NCBI GenBank assembly: GCA_021738565.1
Contig: JAIPBT010000012.1
Span: forward strand, 36,843 to 100,842
Source of the DNA: Bacteroidales bacterium
Lineage (GTDB): Bacteria > Bacteroidota > Bacteroidia > Bacteroidales > GCA-2748055
DNA length: 64,000 nucleotides
Direction: 5' to 3'
Position numbers and translations under genes: made by a program. Of the stretch, positions 52,288-62,089 are shown piece by piece. How positions within the stretch are numbered: position 1 is the stretch's first letter; each line of letters opens with the position of its first letter. The notes below the pieces were generated by a model that saw nothing but the letters and a program-made list of their open reading frames with translations, was not told where the DNA came from and ran no database searches.

Positions 52288-53718
52288 ATGAGACATGAAC
52301 GGTCACATGCAAAAATAATAACGACACTTGGTCCTGCTACTGACAAAAAACAAATACTGGAACAGATGTTCCATGAAGGCATTGATGTGGTCAGATTGAA
52401 TTTTTCACATGGCGATCATGATGAACACTTCAAACGCATTCAAATGGTCCTGCAGTTGAATGAGGATCTGAATTCCAATGTTGCCCTGCTCGCGGATCTG
52501 CAGGGTCCAAAACTTCGCATCGGTAAAATTGAAAACAACAAAGTCAAACTCTCCGACGGCCAGAAATTTATCCTGACAACCAAAAACTGTGTGGGCAATG
52601 CTGAAAAAGCTTACATAAGCTACGAACCGTTGCCCGGGGATGTCAGCAAAGGAGACCTTATCCTGGTTGATGACGGAAAATTGCAATTGATCGTTAAAGA
52701 GACGAACGGAACAGATACGGTTGTTACCGAGGTAAAAGTGGGCGGACAGCTTTCATCTCACAAGGGAGTGAACCTGCCAAACACTAAAATCTCCAGGCCA
52801 AGTCTCACTGAAAAAGATGTTGAAGATGCGAAATTTGCACTCGAGAACAATATCGACTGGATCGCCCTCTCATTTGTAAGAAAAGCACAGGACATAAAAG
52901 ACCTGCGGAACCTTATTCAGGAATCAGGAAAAATGGCAGGAATTGTAGCAAAAATTGAAAAACCCGAGGCCCTTGATGAGCTTGATGAGATCATCGAAGT
53001 ATCTGATGCAATAATGGTAGCCCGCGGAGACCTGGGGGTGGAAGTAGATTTTGACAAGGTTCCGCTGATCCAAAAGAGCATTGTAAATAAATGCATTTCT
53101 ATGTCGAAACCCGTTATCATCGCCACGCAGATGATGGAAAGTATGATCACAAATCCCACACCAACACGTGCAGAGGCCAATGATGTAGCAAACGCGGTTC
53201 TGGATGGGGCCGATACTGTGATGCTTAGCGGGGAAACCTCGATAGGTAAGTACCCGGTGGAAACGATCAGGAATATGCAAAAAGTAATTGACTCCACTGA
53301 ATTCAGGGGAATCCATTTCTTTAGAAAACATCCTCCAAAGATCCACAACCAGACTTTCGTTCAAGACTCTGTTTGTTACAATGCAGTGGTAACAGCTGAA
53401 CAGGCTGGGGCCTCGGCAATTATTTGCCTGACCAATTCCGGGTACACTGCCTTCAGGATCAGTTCGCACAGGCCAAGGGCAAACATCTTCACATTCACCA
53501 TGAACAACAACTTACTGCGCAGGATGTCACTCGTTTGGGGAGTCAGGGCATACCATTTCGATGATTGCACAACCATCAATGAATACATCGACTATACCCT
53601 TCAATTTCTTCTCAGCCAAAACCTGATCAAAAAAAATGACCTGGTTGTTCATGTAGGAAGCATACCGATCATAGAACAGGGAAAGACCAATATGATCAAA
53701 CTAAGTAAAGTAAAATAA
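52288..53718 (+). CDS. pyk: Pyruvate kinase
   Basis: TLGPA, RLNFSHG, DLQGPKLR, AKIEKPEA, MVARGDLGVE, ATQMMESM, DTVMLSGET. Confidence 0.97.
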   Translation: MRHERSHAKIITTLGPATDKKQILEQMFHEGIDVVRLNFSHGDHDEHFKRIQMVLQLNEDLNSNVALLADLQGPKLRIGKIENNKVKLSDGQKFILTTKNCVGNAEKAYISYEPLPGDVSKGDLILVDDGKLQLIVKETNGTDTVVTEVKVGGQLSSHKGVNLPNTKISRPSLTEKDVEDAKFALENNIDWIALSFVRKAQDIKDLRNLIQESGKMAGIVAKIEKPEALDELDEIIEVSDAIMVARGDLGVEVDFDKVPLIQKSIVNKCISMSKPVIIATQMMESMITNPTPTRAEANDVANAVLDGADTVMLSGETSIGKYPVETIRNMQKVIDSTEFRGIHFFRKHPPKIHNQTFVQDSVCYNAVVTAEQAGASAIICLTNSGYTAFRISSHRPRANIFTFTMNNNLLRRMSLVWGVRAYHFDDCTTINEYIDYTLQFLLSQNLIKKNDLVVHVGSIPIIEQGKTNMIKLSKVK

Positions 53719-53724
53719 GGCGCC

Positions 53725-54582
53725 TTGCACAAACATCCTATTGATATAATTTCAATCATGGAATCCAGGTGGCTGGAACCCGTGTCTCAATTTGTCGACA
53801 GGATCTTCAGAGATGTGTACCTGCCCTCACACGATATGACACATCACATCAGAACATGGGAAAATGCAAAAAAACTTCTTTTAGAAACATACAGCAACCC
53901 GGGGTCGGTTGGTGAAGACATTGTGGAAGCCTTGCTTTTCACGACACTGTTTCATGACACCGGTATGACTGAGACGAAAGGGAAGTCACATGGAACCGCA
54001 AGCAGGATCATCTATGAAAGTTATATAAATAATTTCGGATATTTACCTTCAAAGCACAATGAAATATGCCACACCATTGAATTGCATGACAACAAAAAGG
54101 ATGACATCTTTCATAAGATAGAAAAGGAGGGAACCCCGGATATCCTGACATTAACCGGAATTGCAGACGATCTGGATGCGCTCGGCACAGTTGGGATCTA
54201 CCGGTATGCAGAAATATACCTGCACAGGAACTCCAATTTCCGGATACTCGGAAGTTCCGTTATCAGTAATGTCGCAATTAGGTACAGCAGACTTTTGAAT
54301 GCAATTTCAGCACTTCCGGGAATGGCATCATCGGTCACGAAAGATTATAAGATCATCCTTGACTTCTACACGCATTACAACCAGGATATTGATAACACTC
54401 CCAACCTGGTTGATGCCGGTGACGGTCAGATCGGGGTGATCAAACTGATCCGTGAATACATTATGAACCAAAAAATCCATCCTTCTGCATTTGCATCCCA
54501 CCCTGTCCTTCAAAATGCTGATCCATTTGTCAGAAACTTTTTCAATACATTAAAAAATGAATATGAACCAGCTCTTACTTAA
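53725..54582 (+). CDS. HD-domain metal-dependent phosphohydrolase
   Basis: SHDMTHHIR, FHDTG, HD, ADDLDALG. Confidence 0.75.
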   Translation: MHKHPIDIISIMESRWLEPVSQFVDRIFRDVYLPSHDMTHHIRTWENAKKLLLETYSNPGSVGEDIVEALLFTTLFHDTGMTETKGKSHGTASRIIYESYINNFGYLPSKHNEICHTIELHDNKKDDIFHKIEKEGTPDILTLTGIADDLDALGTVGIYRYAEIYLHRNSNFRILGSSVISNVAIRYSRLLNAISALPGMASSVTKDYKIILDFYTHYNQDIDNTPNLVDAGDGQIGVIKLIREYIMNQKIHPSAFASHPVLQNADPFVRNFFNTLKNEYEPALT

Positions 54583-56305
54583 GTTGTCATCAGGCATGCT
54601 GGCGTGCTTTATCTCTGCTTCCGCCGGTGCCCAGGCAAATCTTTCGTATATGCAAAATAAAACGCCTGAATACGAAGATGTTATCAGCATGTATGCCCTT
54701 ATGGATGATGTTTATGAAAATGCCAAGCTGGTTACAGCCGGCACCACTGATGCCGGAAAACCTTTACATGCGTTCATTATTTCAGACGATAAGCTGTTTG
54801 CTCCCGCTGAAGTTCACCAGCACGGAAAAACTATAATCATGATCAACAACGGCATCCATCCCGGAGAATGCAATGGCATTGATGCAAGTATTGAATTTGC
54901 CCGGGAACTTTTATCAGGGCAGAGCATATATTCTGAATATCTGAAAAATACCGTAGTTCTTATTATACCCGTTTTCAACATCGGGGGAGCACGCAACAGA
55001 AGTGCCTATCACCGTGCCAACCAGAATGGCCCTGAATTGCATGGGTTCAGGGGCAATGCGTGCAACCTGGACCTCAACAGGGACTTTGTAAAAATGGACG
55101 CAAACAATACCCGGTCAATGATTCAGCTTTTCCATGCCTGGGACCCGGATATCTTTATTGATACGCACAGTACAAATGGAGCCGATTATCCCTATACGGT
55201 AACTTTAATTCCGAGTCATCACCAGCAACTTGAAGAGCCACAGGCCAAATTCATCCGCACAGAAATGGTCCCGGAACTGTTCAATGCAATGGACCGGTCA
55301 CCCTATAAAATCTCGCACTATGTGAATGTTTTCAGGAGAAGTCCGGAACAGGGATTTGAAGGGTTTTACCAGTATCCAAGGTATCTCTCCGGGTATACTT
55401 CAACATTCCATGCCCTCTCTTTCACGGTGGAAAGCCACATGCTGAAGCCTTACCCTGAAAGGGTGCTGTCAACCAAAAGATTGCTGGGTGAAATGCTGAA
55501 ATTCTCATCAGTAAATGCAACTAAAATTAAAGAGGTCAAGCAGGAATCAATCGCAATTTCAGAAAACCGGAAACACCATGTCTTACAATGGTACAACGAT
55601 ACCTCGCAATACGACCTGATCACTTTCACGGGTTACAAGGCCAAAACAAGTAAAAGTGAAGTTACCGGTCAGGATATCCTTTATTACGACAGGGATGATG
55701 CCTGGACCGACCTTGTTCCATTCTACAACTATTTCAGACCCAATATAGAAACCGAAGCGCCGGAATACTACATTGTACCTTCTGCCTGGGATGATGTGAT
55801 CGAACGCCTCCGATTAAGTAACATTAAAATGAAAGTACTTCAACAGGACACTTCATTGCATGTGGAAATATATTTCATAGAAGATTACCAGACAACCCGG
55901 CAACCCTATAACGGTCATTATTTACACTTTGCAACCCGGGTGAGGAAAGAGACCGGTTCAATTAAGTTCCACAGCGGAGATGTAATGGTACCAGTAAAAC
56001 AAAGAGGCTCGTCCTTTATTGTGAATACCCTTGAACCACATGCATATGACTCATTTTTCAACTGGAATTTCTTTGATGCCATACTGGCAAGAAAAGAATA
56101 TTTTTCACCCTACCTGTTTGAAAAAACTGCAGAACGTTACCTGGAGGAAAACAGTGATCTGAAAAATGAATTCCTTGTTAAAAAAGCATCAGATCCGGAA
56201 TTTGACCAGAACTCATCTGCCCAGTTAAGATGGATCTATGAACGGTCTCCCTGGTCCGAACCCACATATCGCCGGTATCCTGTTTACAGGTACAATACCA
56301 AATAG
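54557..56305 (+). CDS. M14 zinc carboxypeptidase family protein
   Basis: NNGIHPGE, NLDLNRDF, IDTHSTNG, ESHMLKPY. Confidence 0.88.
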   Translation: MNMNQLLLKLSSGMLACFISASAGAQANLSYMQNKTPEYEDVISMYALMDDVYENAKLVTAGTTDAGKPLHAFIISDDKLFAPAEVHQHGKTIIMINNGIHPGECNGIDASIEFARELLSGQSIYSEYLKNTVVLIIPVFNIGGARNRSAYHRANQNGPELHGFRGNACNLDLNRDFVKMDANNTRSMIQLFHAWDPDIFIDTHSTNGADYPYTVTLIPSHHQQLEEPQAKFIRTEMVPELFNAMDRSPYKISHYVNVFRRSPEQGFEGFYQYPRYLSGYTSTFHALSFTVESHMLKPYPERVLSTKRLLGEMLKFSSVNATKIKEVKQESIAISENRKHHVLQWYNDTSQYDLITFTGYKAKTSKSEVTGQDILYYDRDDAWTDLVPFYNYFRPNIETEAPEYYIVPSAWDDVIERLRLSNIKMKVLQQDTSLHVEIYFIEDYQTTRQPYNGHYLHFATRVRKETGSIKFHSGDVMVPVKQRGSSFIVNTLEPHAYDSFFNWNFFDAILARKEYFSPYLFEKTAERYLEENSDLKNEFLVKKASDPEFDQNSSAQLRWIYERSPWSEPTYRRYPVYRYNTK

Positions 56306-56399
56306 GACCTGTCTGTTCCGGTCAAAAAAATTTGCAATTACCTGGCAGGTTTTGATCAAAAAGCTTCATTTTGATTAAATTTGTCCTTTCATAAAAAAT

Positions 56400-57701
56400 T
56401 TGTCTCAAGTGGCGATGACCAATAACTTCAAAAAATATATCCCGCTGTATCTGTTCCTGCTGCTGGTTGGTTTGCCCTCCTATGCAGGGGAAAGCATAGA
56501 CGACTTTCTAAAGAAACTTCCCCTGAAGAACATCAGGGTAATGGAGAAAGAATCGTTTTACAACAACATCTATGAAGTTCTTTTTGAACAGCCGATTGAT
56601 CACCGGGACACAACCAAAGGATACTTTTCTCAAAGACTCTACATCTCACATGTTGATGCATCCAAGCCGGTTGTACTCGTCACAGAAGGATATAATGCAG
56701 GACATTACTACACGAGTGAACCTGCTTCATTGATGCAATGCAACCAGATCATAGCGGAACACAGGTATTTTGGAGAAAGCGTACCAGACAGCATTCAGTG
56801 GGAATTCCTAACCACCTGGCAGTCGGCCAGCGATCATCATCAAATCATCAATGCATTCAAAAAATTCTACACGGGGAAATGGATCACAACAGGTATCAGC
56901 AAAGGAGGACAGACCGTTATGTTCCACAGCTACTATTATCCCGAGGATGTGAGTCTGAGGATCCCTTATGTGGCCCCCTTGAATAACTGTGTGGAAGACG
57001 AGCGAATCTACCATTTTCTTGACCATGTAGGCAGCAGGAAATGCAGAAAAAAGATCAGGGAGTTCCAGGAAATGGCCCTTAGGGAACAGGACACACTTCT
57101 GCCTGTTTTTAAAAGTTTTTCTAAGAGAAAAAACTACACCTATGACATTGTGGGCGGGTTTGAAAAAGCATATGAGTATTCTGTACTCGAATATTCATTT
57201 GCATTCTGGCAATGGGGATACTGCGACTGTATTGACATACCCGACGAAAACAGTTCCCCTTCGGGGATCATTTCACACATGAACATGGTCGCGGGTTTTG
57301 ATTATTTTGCTGATCAGTTTATACAGCAATACCAGCCGTTTTTCTACCAGGCCTATACCGAAATGGGTTATTACGGTTACGACCTGGAAGAATTCGCACC
57401 GCTGCTCAGACATGTAACAGACGGAAGGTTTAACTTCACGTTGCCCAGTGATATTCCCGTTACTTTCAATGATTCAATTTTAATTAAGGTTGAAGGGTAT
57501 ATACGTAAAGAAGCAAACAACTTCATATTCATTTATGGGGAATATGACACCTGGTCCGCAACTGCAGTCAGACTGAGCAACAAAACAAATTCAAAGATCT
57601 TTTATAAAAACAAAGGTTCACACAGGACCCGCATCAGCAACATGCCTGAAAATCAACAAAAAAAGGTGATTGAAACGATCAATGATTTTCTGGAAAGCTG
57701 A
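56400..57701 (+). CDS. S37/S28-family serine aminopeptidase (PS-10-like)
   Basis: QPIDH, EHRYFGES, TGISKGG, PYVAP, YGEYDTWS; likely ATG start at 56415. Confidence 0.85.
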   Translation: MSQVAMTNNFKKYIPLYLFLLLVGLPSYAGESIDDFLKKLPLKNIRVMEKESFYNNIYEVLFEQPIDHRDTTKGYFSQRLYISHVDASKPVVLVTEGYNAGHYYTSEPASLMQCNQIIAEHRYFGESVPDSIQWEFLTTWQSASDHHQIINAFKKFYTGKWITTGISKGGQTVMFHSYYYPEDVSLRIPYVAPLNNCVEDERIYHFLDHVGSRKCRKKIREFQEMALREQDTLLPVFKSFSKRKNYTYDIVGGFEKAYEYSVLEYSFAFWQWGYCDCIDIPDENSSPSGIISHMNMVAGFDYFADQFIQQYQPFFYQAYTEMGYYGYDLEEFAPLLRHVTDGRFNFTLPSDIPVTFNDSILIKVEGYIRKEANNFIFIYGEYDTWSATAVRLSNKTNSKIFYKNKGSHRTRISNMPENQQKKVIETINDFLES

Positions 57702-57739
57702 CCGGCAGGCATTGCAAATGCCGCTTCGTTCTGTTGGTG

Positions 57740-58441
57740 TCAAACATACCTTTTCCTGGCATTGTCAATCTCTGACCTAATAGATGCAATTTCCACAGCC
57801 TTGCCATGCGCAGGATGCAATACCTCAACACCGCTGTTGATGTAATATTCCCAGCTTTTTATCACCTCTCCACAATCGTTTGCAAATGGAGGGAAATGTT
57901 GCTTGTCAGAAATGCCAAGGACATTGTCGCCCACCATGGCATTCCCATTTTCCAGTAAAACAGAGAGGGATCCCTCCGTATGCCCCGGAGTGTGGACAAT
58001 CTTGCCGGGAATTCCAAAACTTTGCAGATCCATCTCATCTTCGATCACTACTCCTGCTTTTACAGGAGCATAGCGGGCAAGTCTGCGGGCAAATATCCTG
58101 CCGATAAACACGATTGATTTTCCTTTCCACCTTGTACCCCGTGGAAAAGAAGCATATCCATTTTCCAGGTATTTCACTTCGCTGTAATGCACAGCAACAG
58201 GGGCCCCGGTAAGCCGGCTGATCTCGCCTGCTCCGCCGGCATGGTCAAAATGGGTATGTGTAAGTATGATCAAACGGATCCTGCTTTGCGGGATCCCCAG
58301 CCGTTCCATTGCTGCCGTAAATGCACCAACCGTATGAGGATGACCGCAATCTATAAGAACAGCCGTTTCTTTGTTGTATACCAAAAAACCTGCAACATTA
58401 GAATAGCGTATTCTATTCAAAAACAGACCCTTGTCTTCCAT
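57740..58441 (-). CDS. MBL-fold metallo-hydrolase
   Basis: LIDCG, THTHFDHAG, HTPGHT, GD, PAHG. Confidence 0.9.
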   Translation of the reverse strand: MEDKGLFLNRIRYSNVAGFLVYNKETAVLIDCGHPHTVGAFTAAMERLGIPQSRIRLIILTHTHFDHAGGAGEISRLTGAPVAVHYSEVKYLENGYASFPRGTRWKGKSIVFIGRIFARRLARYAPVKAGVVIEDEMDLQSFGIPGKIVHTPGHTEGSLSVLLENGNAMVGDNVLGISDKQHFPPFANDCGEVIKSWEYYINSGVEVLHPAHGKAVEIASIRSEIDNARKRYV

Positions 58442-59052
58442 TATTTAACAAAGAAATCCATCATTTTCTTCTCTTCAAGGAAGCATTCTATATGATCATT
58501 GATCTGTACGGGACCAACTCCGGAGGGAGTTCCGCTAAAGATCATGTCTCCCGTTTTGAGCGTTATGAACTGTGATACATAAGAGATGATCCTGTCAAAA
58601 TTGAATATCATGTCCCTGCTGTTACCTTGCTGAACGGTTTTTCCGTTGATGTCCATTCGAAAATCAATACCCTGCGGTTCTTCAAGGGATGATAATTTCA
58701 CGAAATCACTCACCGGTGCAGAATAATCGAATGCCTTTGCAATTTCCCATGGCAGGCCTTTGCTTTTCATCTCACCTTGCAGGTCTCTCGCTGTAAAATC
58801 AACACCAAGTGCTATCTCACTGTAATACTGATCAGCAAATTTTTCAGATATCCTCCTTCCAAGCTTGCTGATCTTTATCACAAGTTCAACCTCATGATGT
58901 ACATCCTTGGAAAAATCGGGATAGAAGAACGGCCGGTTCTTAATTACCAGGGCCGAATCAGGCTTCATAAAAAACACCGGTTTTTCGGGAACCGCGTTTT
59001 TCAACTCTTTGGCATGATCAGCATAATTTCTTCCAATACAAATTATCTTCAT
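58441..59052 (-). CDS. Fumarylacetoacetate hydrolase family protein
   Basis: CIGRNYADH, HHEVEL, DFTARDLQ, WEIAKAFD, GDMIFSGTPSGVG. Confidence 0.93.
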   Translation of the reverse strand: MKIICIGRNYADHAKELKNAVPEKPVFFMKPDSALVIKNRPFFYPDFSKDVHHEVELVIKISKLGRRISEKFADQYYSEIALGVDFTARDLQGEMKSKGLPWEIAKAFDYSAPVSDFVKLSSLEEPQGIDFRMDINGKTVQQGNSRDMIFNFDRIISYVSQFITLKTGDMIFSGTPSGVGPVQINDHIECFLEEKKMMDFFVK

Positions 59053-59059
59053 ATGCTTT

Positions 59060-59833
59060 TTACTTGTTTTCCTGCAACCCTCTCAATTTTATAGAGGTCA
59101 ATACTTTCTTGGTATACATTGGGAAATCTCCATGCATCATCCATCCGTAATATCCGGGATCGGATGCAAGTACTTCAGCCACCGGTTTTCCTTTGTATTT
59201 ACCAAAATTAAATATCTCCACATCATTTTCATCATAAATGATCCGACCCACAAAATCAGCATTCCTGTTGTGAGAAGAAAATTCCGCAAGCTTGCCAATG
59301 TCATTTTCCAGGTTACTGTATGTGTCTAGCTGGGATTGAAGAACCTCGTATGTGGCAAGAGTATCTGCAGCTGCACTGTGTGCATTTTGAAGCTCTTTGT
59401 TACAATAGAACTTATAAGCTGCTTCAAGCGTTCTTGGTTCCATCTTCATAAAGATAACCTGCACATCAATAAATTTTCTTTTTTTCATGTCAAAATCCAA
59501 ACCTGCCCGCAGAAACTCTTCTGCAAGCAAAGGGATATCAAATCGAACTGAATTGTATCCGGCCAGGTCACACCCCTCAAAATCCTGCACCAGTGACTTG
59601 GCTATCTCTTCAAATTTGGGCGCATCTTTTACATCCTCATCCCTGATCCCGTGGATCTGTGCAACTTTTTCAGGAATGGGTATGCCGGGATTTACCCTGA
59701 TGGTCCGGGAAGTCTCATTTCCGTTAACATCAACTTTCAGGTAAGATATTTCAACAATCCTGTCATTGGCAATATTGATGCCTGTTGTTTCCAGGTCGAA
59801 AAAAATTATTGGATTTTTCAGATGTAGCTTCAT
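59060..59833 (-). CDS. dnaQ: DEDDh 3'-5' exonuclease (DNA polymerase III epsilon-like)
   Basis: FFDLETTG, GYNSVRFD, AHSAAAD; adjacent to dnaN. Confidence 0.85.
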   Translation of the reverse strand: MKLHLKNPIIFFDLETTGINIANDRIVEISYLKVDVNGNETSRTIRVNPGIPIPEKVAQIHGIRDEDVKDAPKFEEIAKSLVQDFEGCDLAGYNSVRFDIPLLAEEFLRAGLDFDMKKRKFIDVQVIFMKMEPRTLEAAYKFYCNKELQNAHSAAADTLATYEVLQSQLDTYSNLENDIGKLAEFSSHNRNADFVGRIIYDENDVEIFNFGKYKGKPVAEVLASDPGYYGWMMHGDFPMYTKKVLTSIKLRGLQENK

Positions 59834-59890
59834 AATTCAAATAGTTGAGCGAACCCACACAAGAACAAATGCCCTGGTGGAGCATTGTTA

Positions 59891-61021
59891 TCAGGCATTG
59901 ATCATCATAGGCATCAACAGCATAAGAATATCCTCGCTCTCATTTTCAGTGGTTGCGGGGAGAATTATTCCGGCTCTTGTAGGATCTGACATTTCAAGAA
60001 CTACATCCGAAGATGGAAGGTTGGCAAGGATCTCTATCAAAAATGTCGATTTGAATCCTATTTCCATATCATCTCCCTCATACTGGCAATTGAGACGCTC
60101 TGTCCCTGAAATTGAAAAATCAATGTCCTGCGCCGAAACGGTTAACTGGTTCCCAGTCAACGACAATTTAACCAGGTTACTCGCCTGGTTCGAAAATACA
60201 GAGACCCGGCGAAGTGCATTGTAGAATTCCACCCTGTCGATGGTCATCCTGAATGGATTATCGGTAGGAATAACAGAATTATAACTTGGGTAGTTACCCT
60301 CAACCAATCGGCACACCATCTTGTAATTGGTAAGTGTGAATGATGCATTCCTGTCATCAAACTCAAGTTTTACCATGTTCTCTTCTTTTGGAAGAATATT
60401 CTTCAGCAGTCCGGCCGGTTTTTTGGGAAGAATAAAAGATGAAGCGCTGCCGGCAGCAATGTCGGTTCGCTTGTATCTGACAAGTTTATGGGCATCTGAA
60501 GCCACAAATGTGGTATCATCTTCTGAAAGCTCCATGAAAACACCATTCATCACCGGTCGCAATTCATCATCTGCTGTAGCAAACAAAGTCTTTGTTATTC
60601 CGGAAAGCAATATTTCTCCATCAATCTCAAGTTCCTGCTTCTGATCGTCTTTGATCTCCGGCAATTGTGGAAATTCTGCACCATTCTGTCCCATAATGGT
60701 AAACTTCCCGCTTTCAGATTGTATCACAACCACGAGGGAATTCGTATCGATCTCAAAAGTAAGCGGTATTTCAGCAAATTCCTTAAGGGTATCGTTCAGA
60801 ATACGGGCAGGGACAGCAATTTCTCCGGATCCGTCAGCATTTTCAAGATTGATTGACGTAATCAGCGTGGATTCAAGGTCTGATGCTGTTATTTCCAGGA
60901 CTCCATCATTCAGTGAAAAAAGGAAATTATCGAGTATCGGGAGCGTATTTTTATTGCTGATGACCCGGCTTATTGCCTGCAAGTGGCTAAGCAACTCCAT
61001 ACTTGAAACAACAAATTTCAT
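59891..61021 (-). CDS. dnaN: DNA polymerase III beta sliding clamp
   Basis: LPILDNFL, ASDLE, DELRPVMNG, VASDAHKL, YPSYNSVIP, LLMPM. Confidence 0.97.
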   Translation of the reverse strand: MKFVVSSMELLSHLQAISRVISNKNTLPILDNFLFSLNDGVLEITASDLESTLITSINLENADGSGEIAVPARILNDTLKEFAEIPLTFEIDTNSLVVVIQSESGKFTIMGQNGAEFPQLPEIKDDQKQELEIDGEILLSGITKTLFATADDELRPVMNGVFMELSEDDTTFVASDAHKLVRYKRTDIAAGSASSFILPKKPAGLLKNILPKEENMVKLEFDDRNASFTLTNYKMVCRLVEGNYPSYNSVIPTDNPFRMTIDRVEFYNALRRVSVFSNQASNLVKLSLTGNQLTVSAQDIDFSISGTERLNCQYEGDDMEIGFKSTFLIEILANLPSSDVVLEMSDPTRAGIILPATTENESEDILMLLMPMMINA

Positions 61022-61150
61022 AGATGTATGTTTTTATGAAATGGTTAATTAATCGGTTTTCTCATTCGATTTTGAACTACCAATAATACGAAAAAAAAGT
61101 GAAAAATACTTTGCTCTCAGTCAATATTTAAGCAAGCAGTAAATGATACA

Positions 61151-62089
61151 TCATTGATAACTTTTCAACCCCCGCATCAAAAGATCCAGATAATAGTAAT
61201 TGATCGAATAATATTCCTTGCTGTCATTAAATATCACCAGTGATTCAAACATATCCGGGGCTTCATTTTCATCCCTGGTCCATAGGAAGACCTCAAATTT
61301 CCATGCATTTCCCTCAAAATCCTTTACACTTATGACAGATATGGGTGTTTCAGGTATTGCTGAAGGAGAAAGCTCACCCTGTTCAATCTTATCGCCGAAC
61401 CTGATTATATTGAAATAGGACAACAACATCCGGATCTTAATTGAATCCAGGGCATCGGTAATATTTTCCCCGGATACTCCATCGAAAACATCAATGGAAT
61501 GGTCTGTATGTTGCCGGACCAAAAAAGACCTCCCCACTATCGGGGAAACAACCACCTCGCTTACCTCCGATGGCATTAAGCTTATCAGCTGGTGTTTGCG
61601 GTAATGGTCTGCATTGGAAGAAAATATCTTTTCCAATGGATAATCTTCATAACCTGAAAGTTCAACTCCATATGCATATTCAGACTGATCACCAAAAATA
61701 TAATATCCTGCTTCTGAAGCTGCAAATCTGAAACAGGACAGCTCCTTCTTTTTTCCGTAGAACCGGAATTGAACACTGTAACCGTATGGCGCAATATCCT
61801 GGCGGGGAACAATGGAACTCTTTTGCAGGTGGGATGCTGCCAGCAGCAGGTTATTAACTGACCTGGTGTACATCAACTCTCCACCGGAATACCATAAAGT
61901 ATCCTTTTTTACAAAAATAAGCGTATCGTATATTCCATTCACCCGGATGCGTTCAATGGATCCGGTATCATCCGGCAAAAGACTGGAAATATCATATTTC
62001 TTTCCTTTCCAGGGTTGTGCAAGGAGTATCAGCGCGGCGGCCACAATAACGGTACCAATCAGCAACCACTTATATTTTCTATAATCCAT
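61151..62089 (-). CDS. DUF4340-like membrane-anchored protein downstream of gldG
   Basis: N-terminal TM anchor and position in the gldF-gldG-X-dnaN cluster. Confidence 0.6.
   Translation of the reverse strand: MDYRKYKWLLIGTVIVAAALILLAQPWKGKKYDISSLLPDDTGSIERIRVNGIYDTLIFVKKDTLWYSGGELMYTRSVNNLLLAASHLQKSSIVPRQDIAPYGYSVQFRFYGKKKELSCFRFAASEAGYYIFGDQSEYAYGVELSGYEDYPLEKIFSSNADHYRKHQLISLMPSEVSEVVVSPIVGRSFLVRQHTDHSIDVFDGVSGENITDALDSIKIRMLLSYFNIIRFGDKIEQGELSPSAIPETPISVISVKDFEGNAWKFEVFLWTRDENEAPDMFESLVIFNDSKEYYSINYYYLDLLMRGLKSYQ

Noticed and set aside
57740-58441. Metallo-beta-lactamase resistance gene
   Set aside because: No signal peptide; generic cytoplasmic MBL-fold hydrolase in a housekeeping operon
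61021-61150. oriC near dnaN
   Set aside because: No dnaA gene and no TTATCCACA-type boxes seen; dnaN lies in the usual gldG-dnaN-exonuclease context
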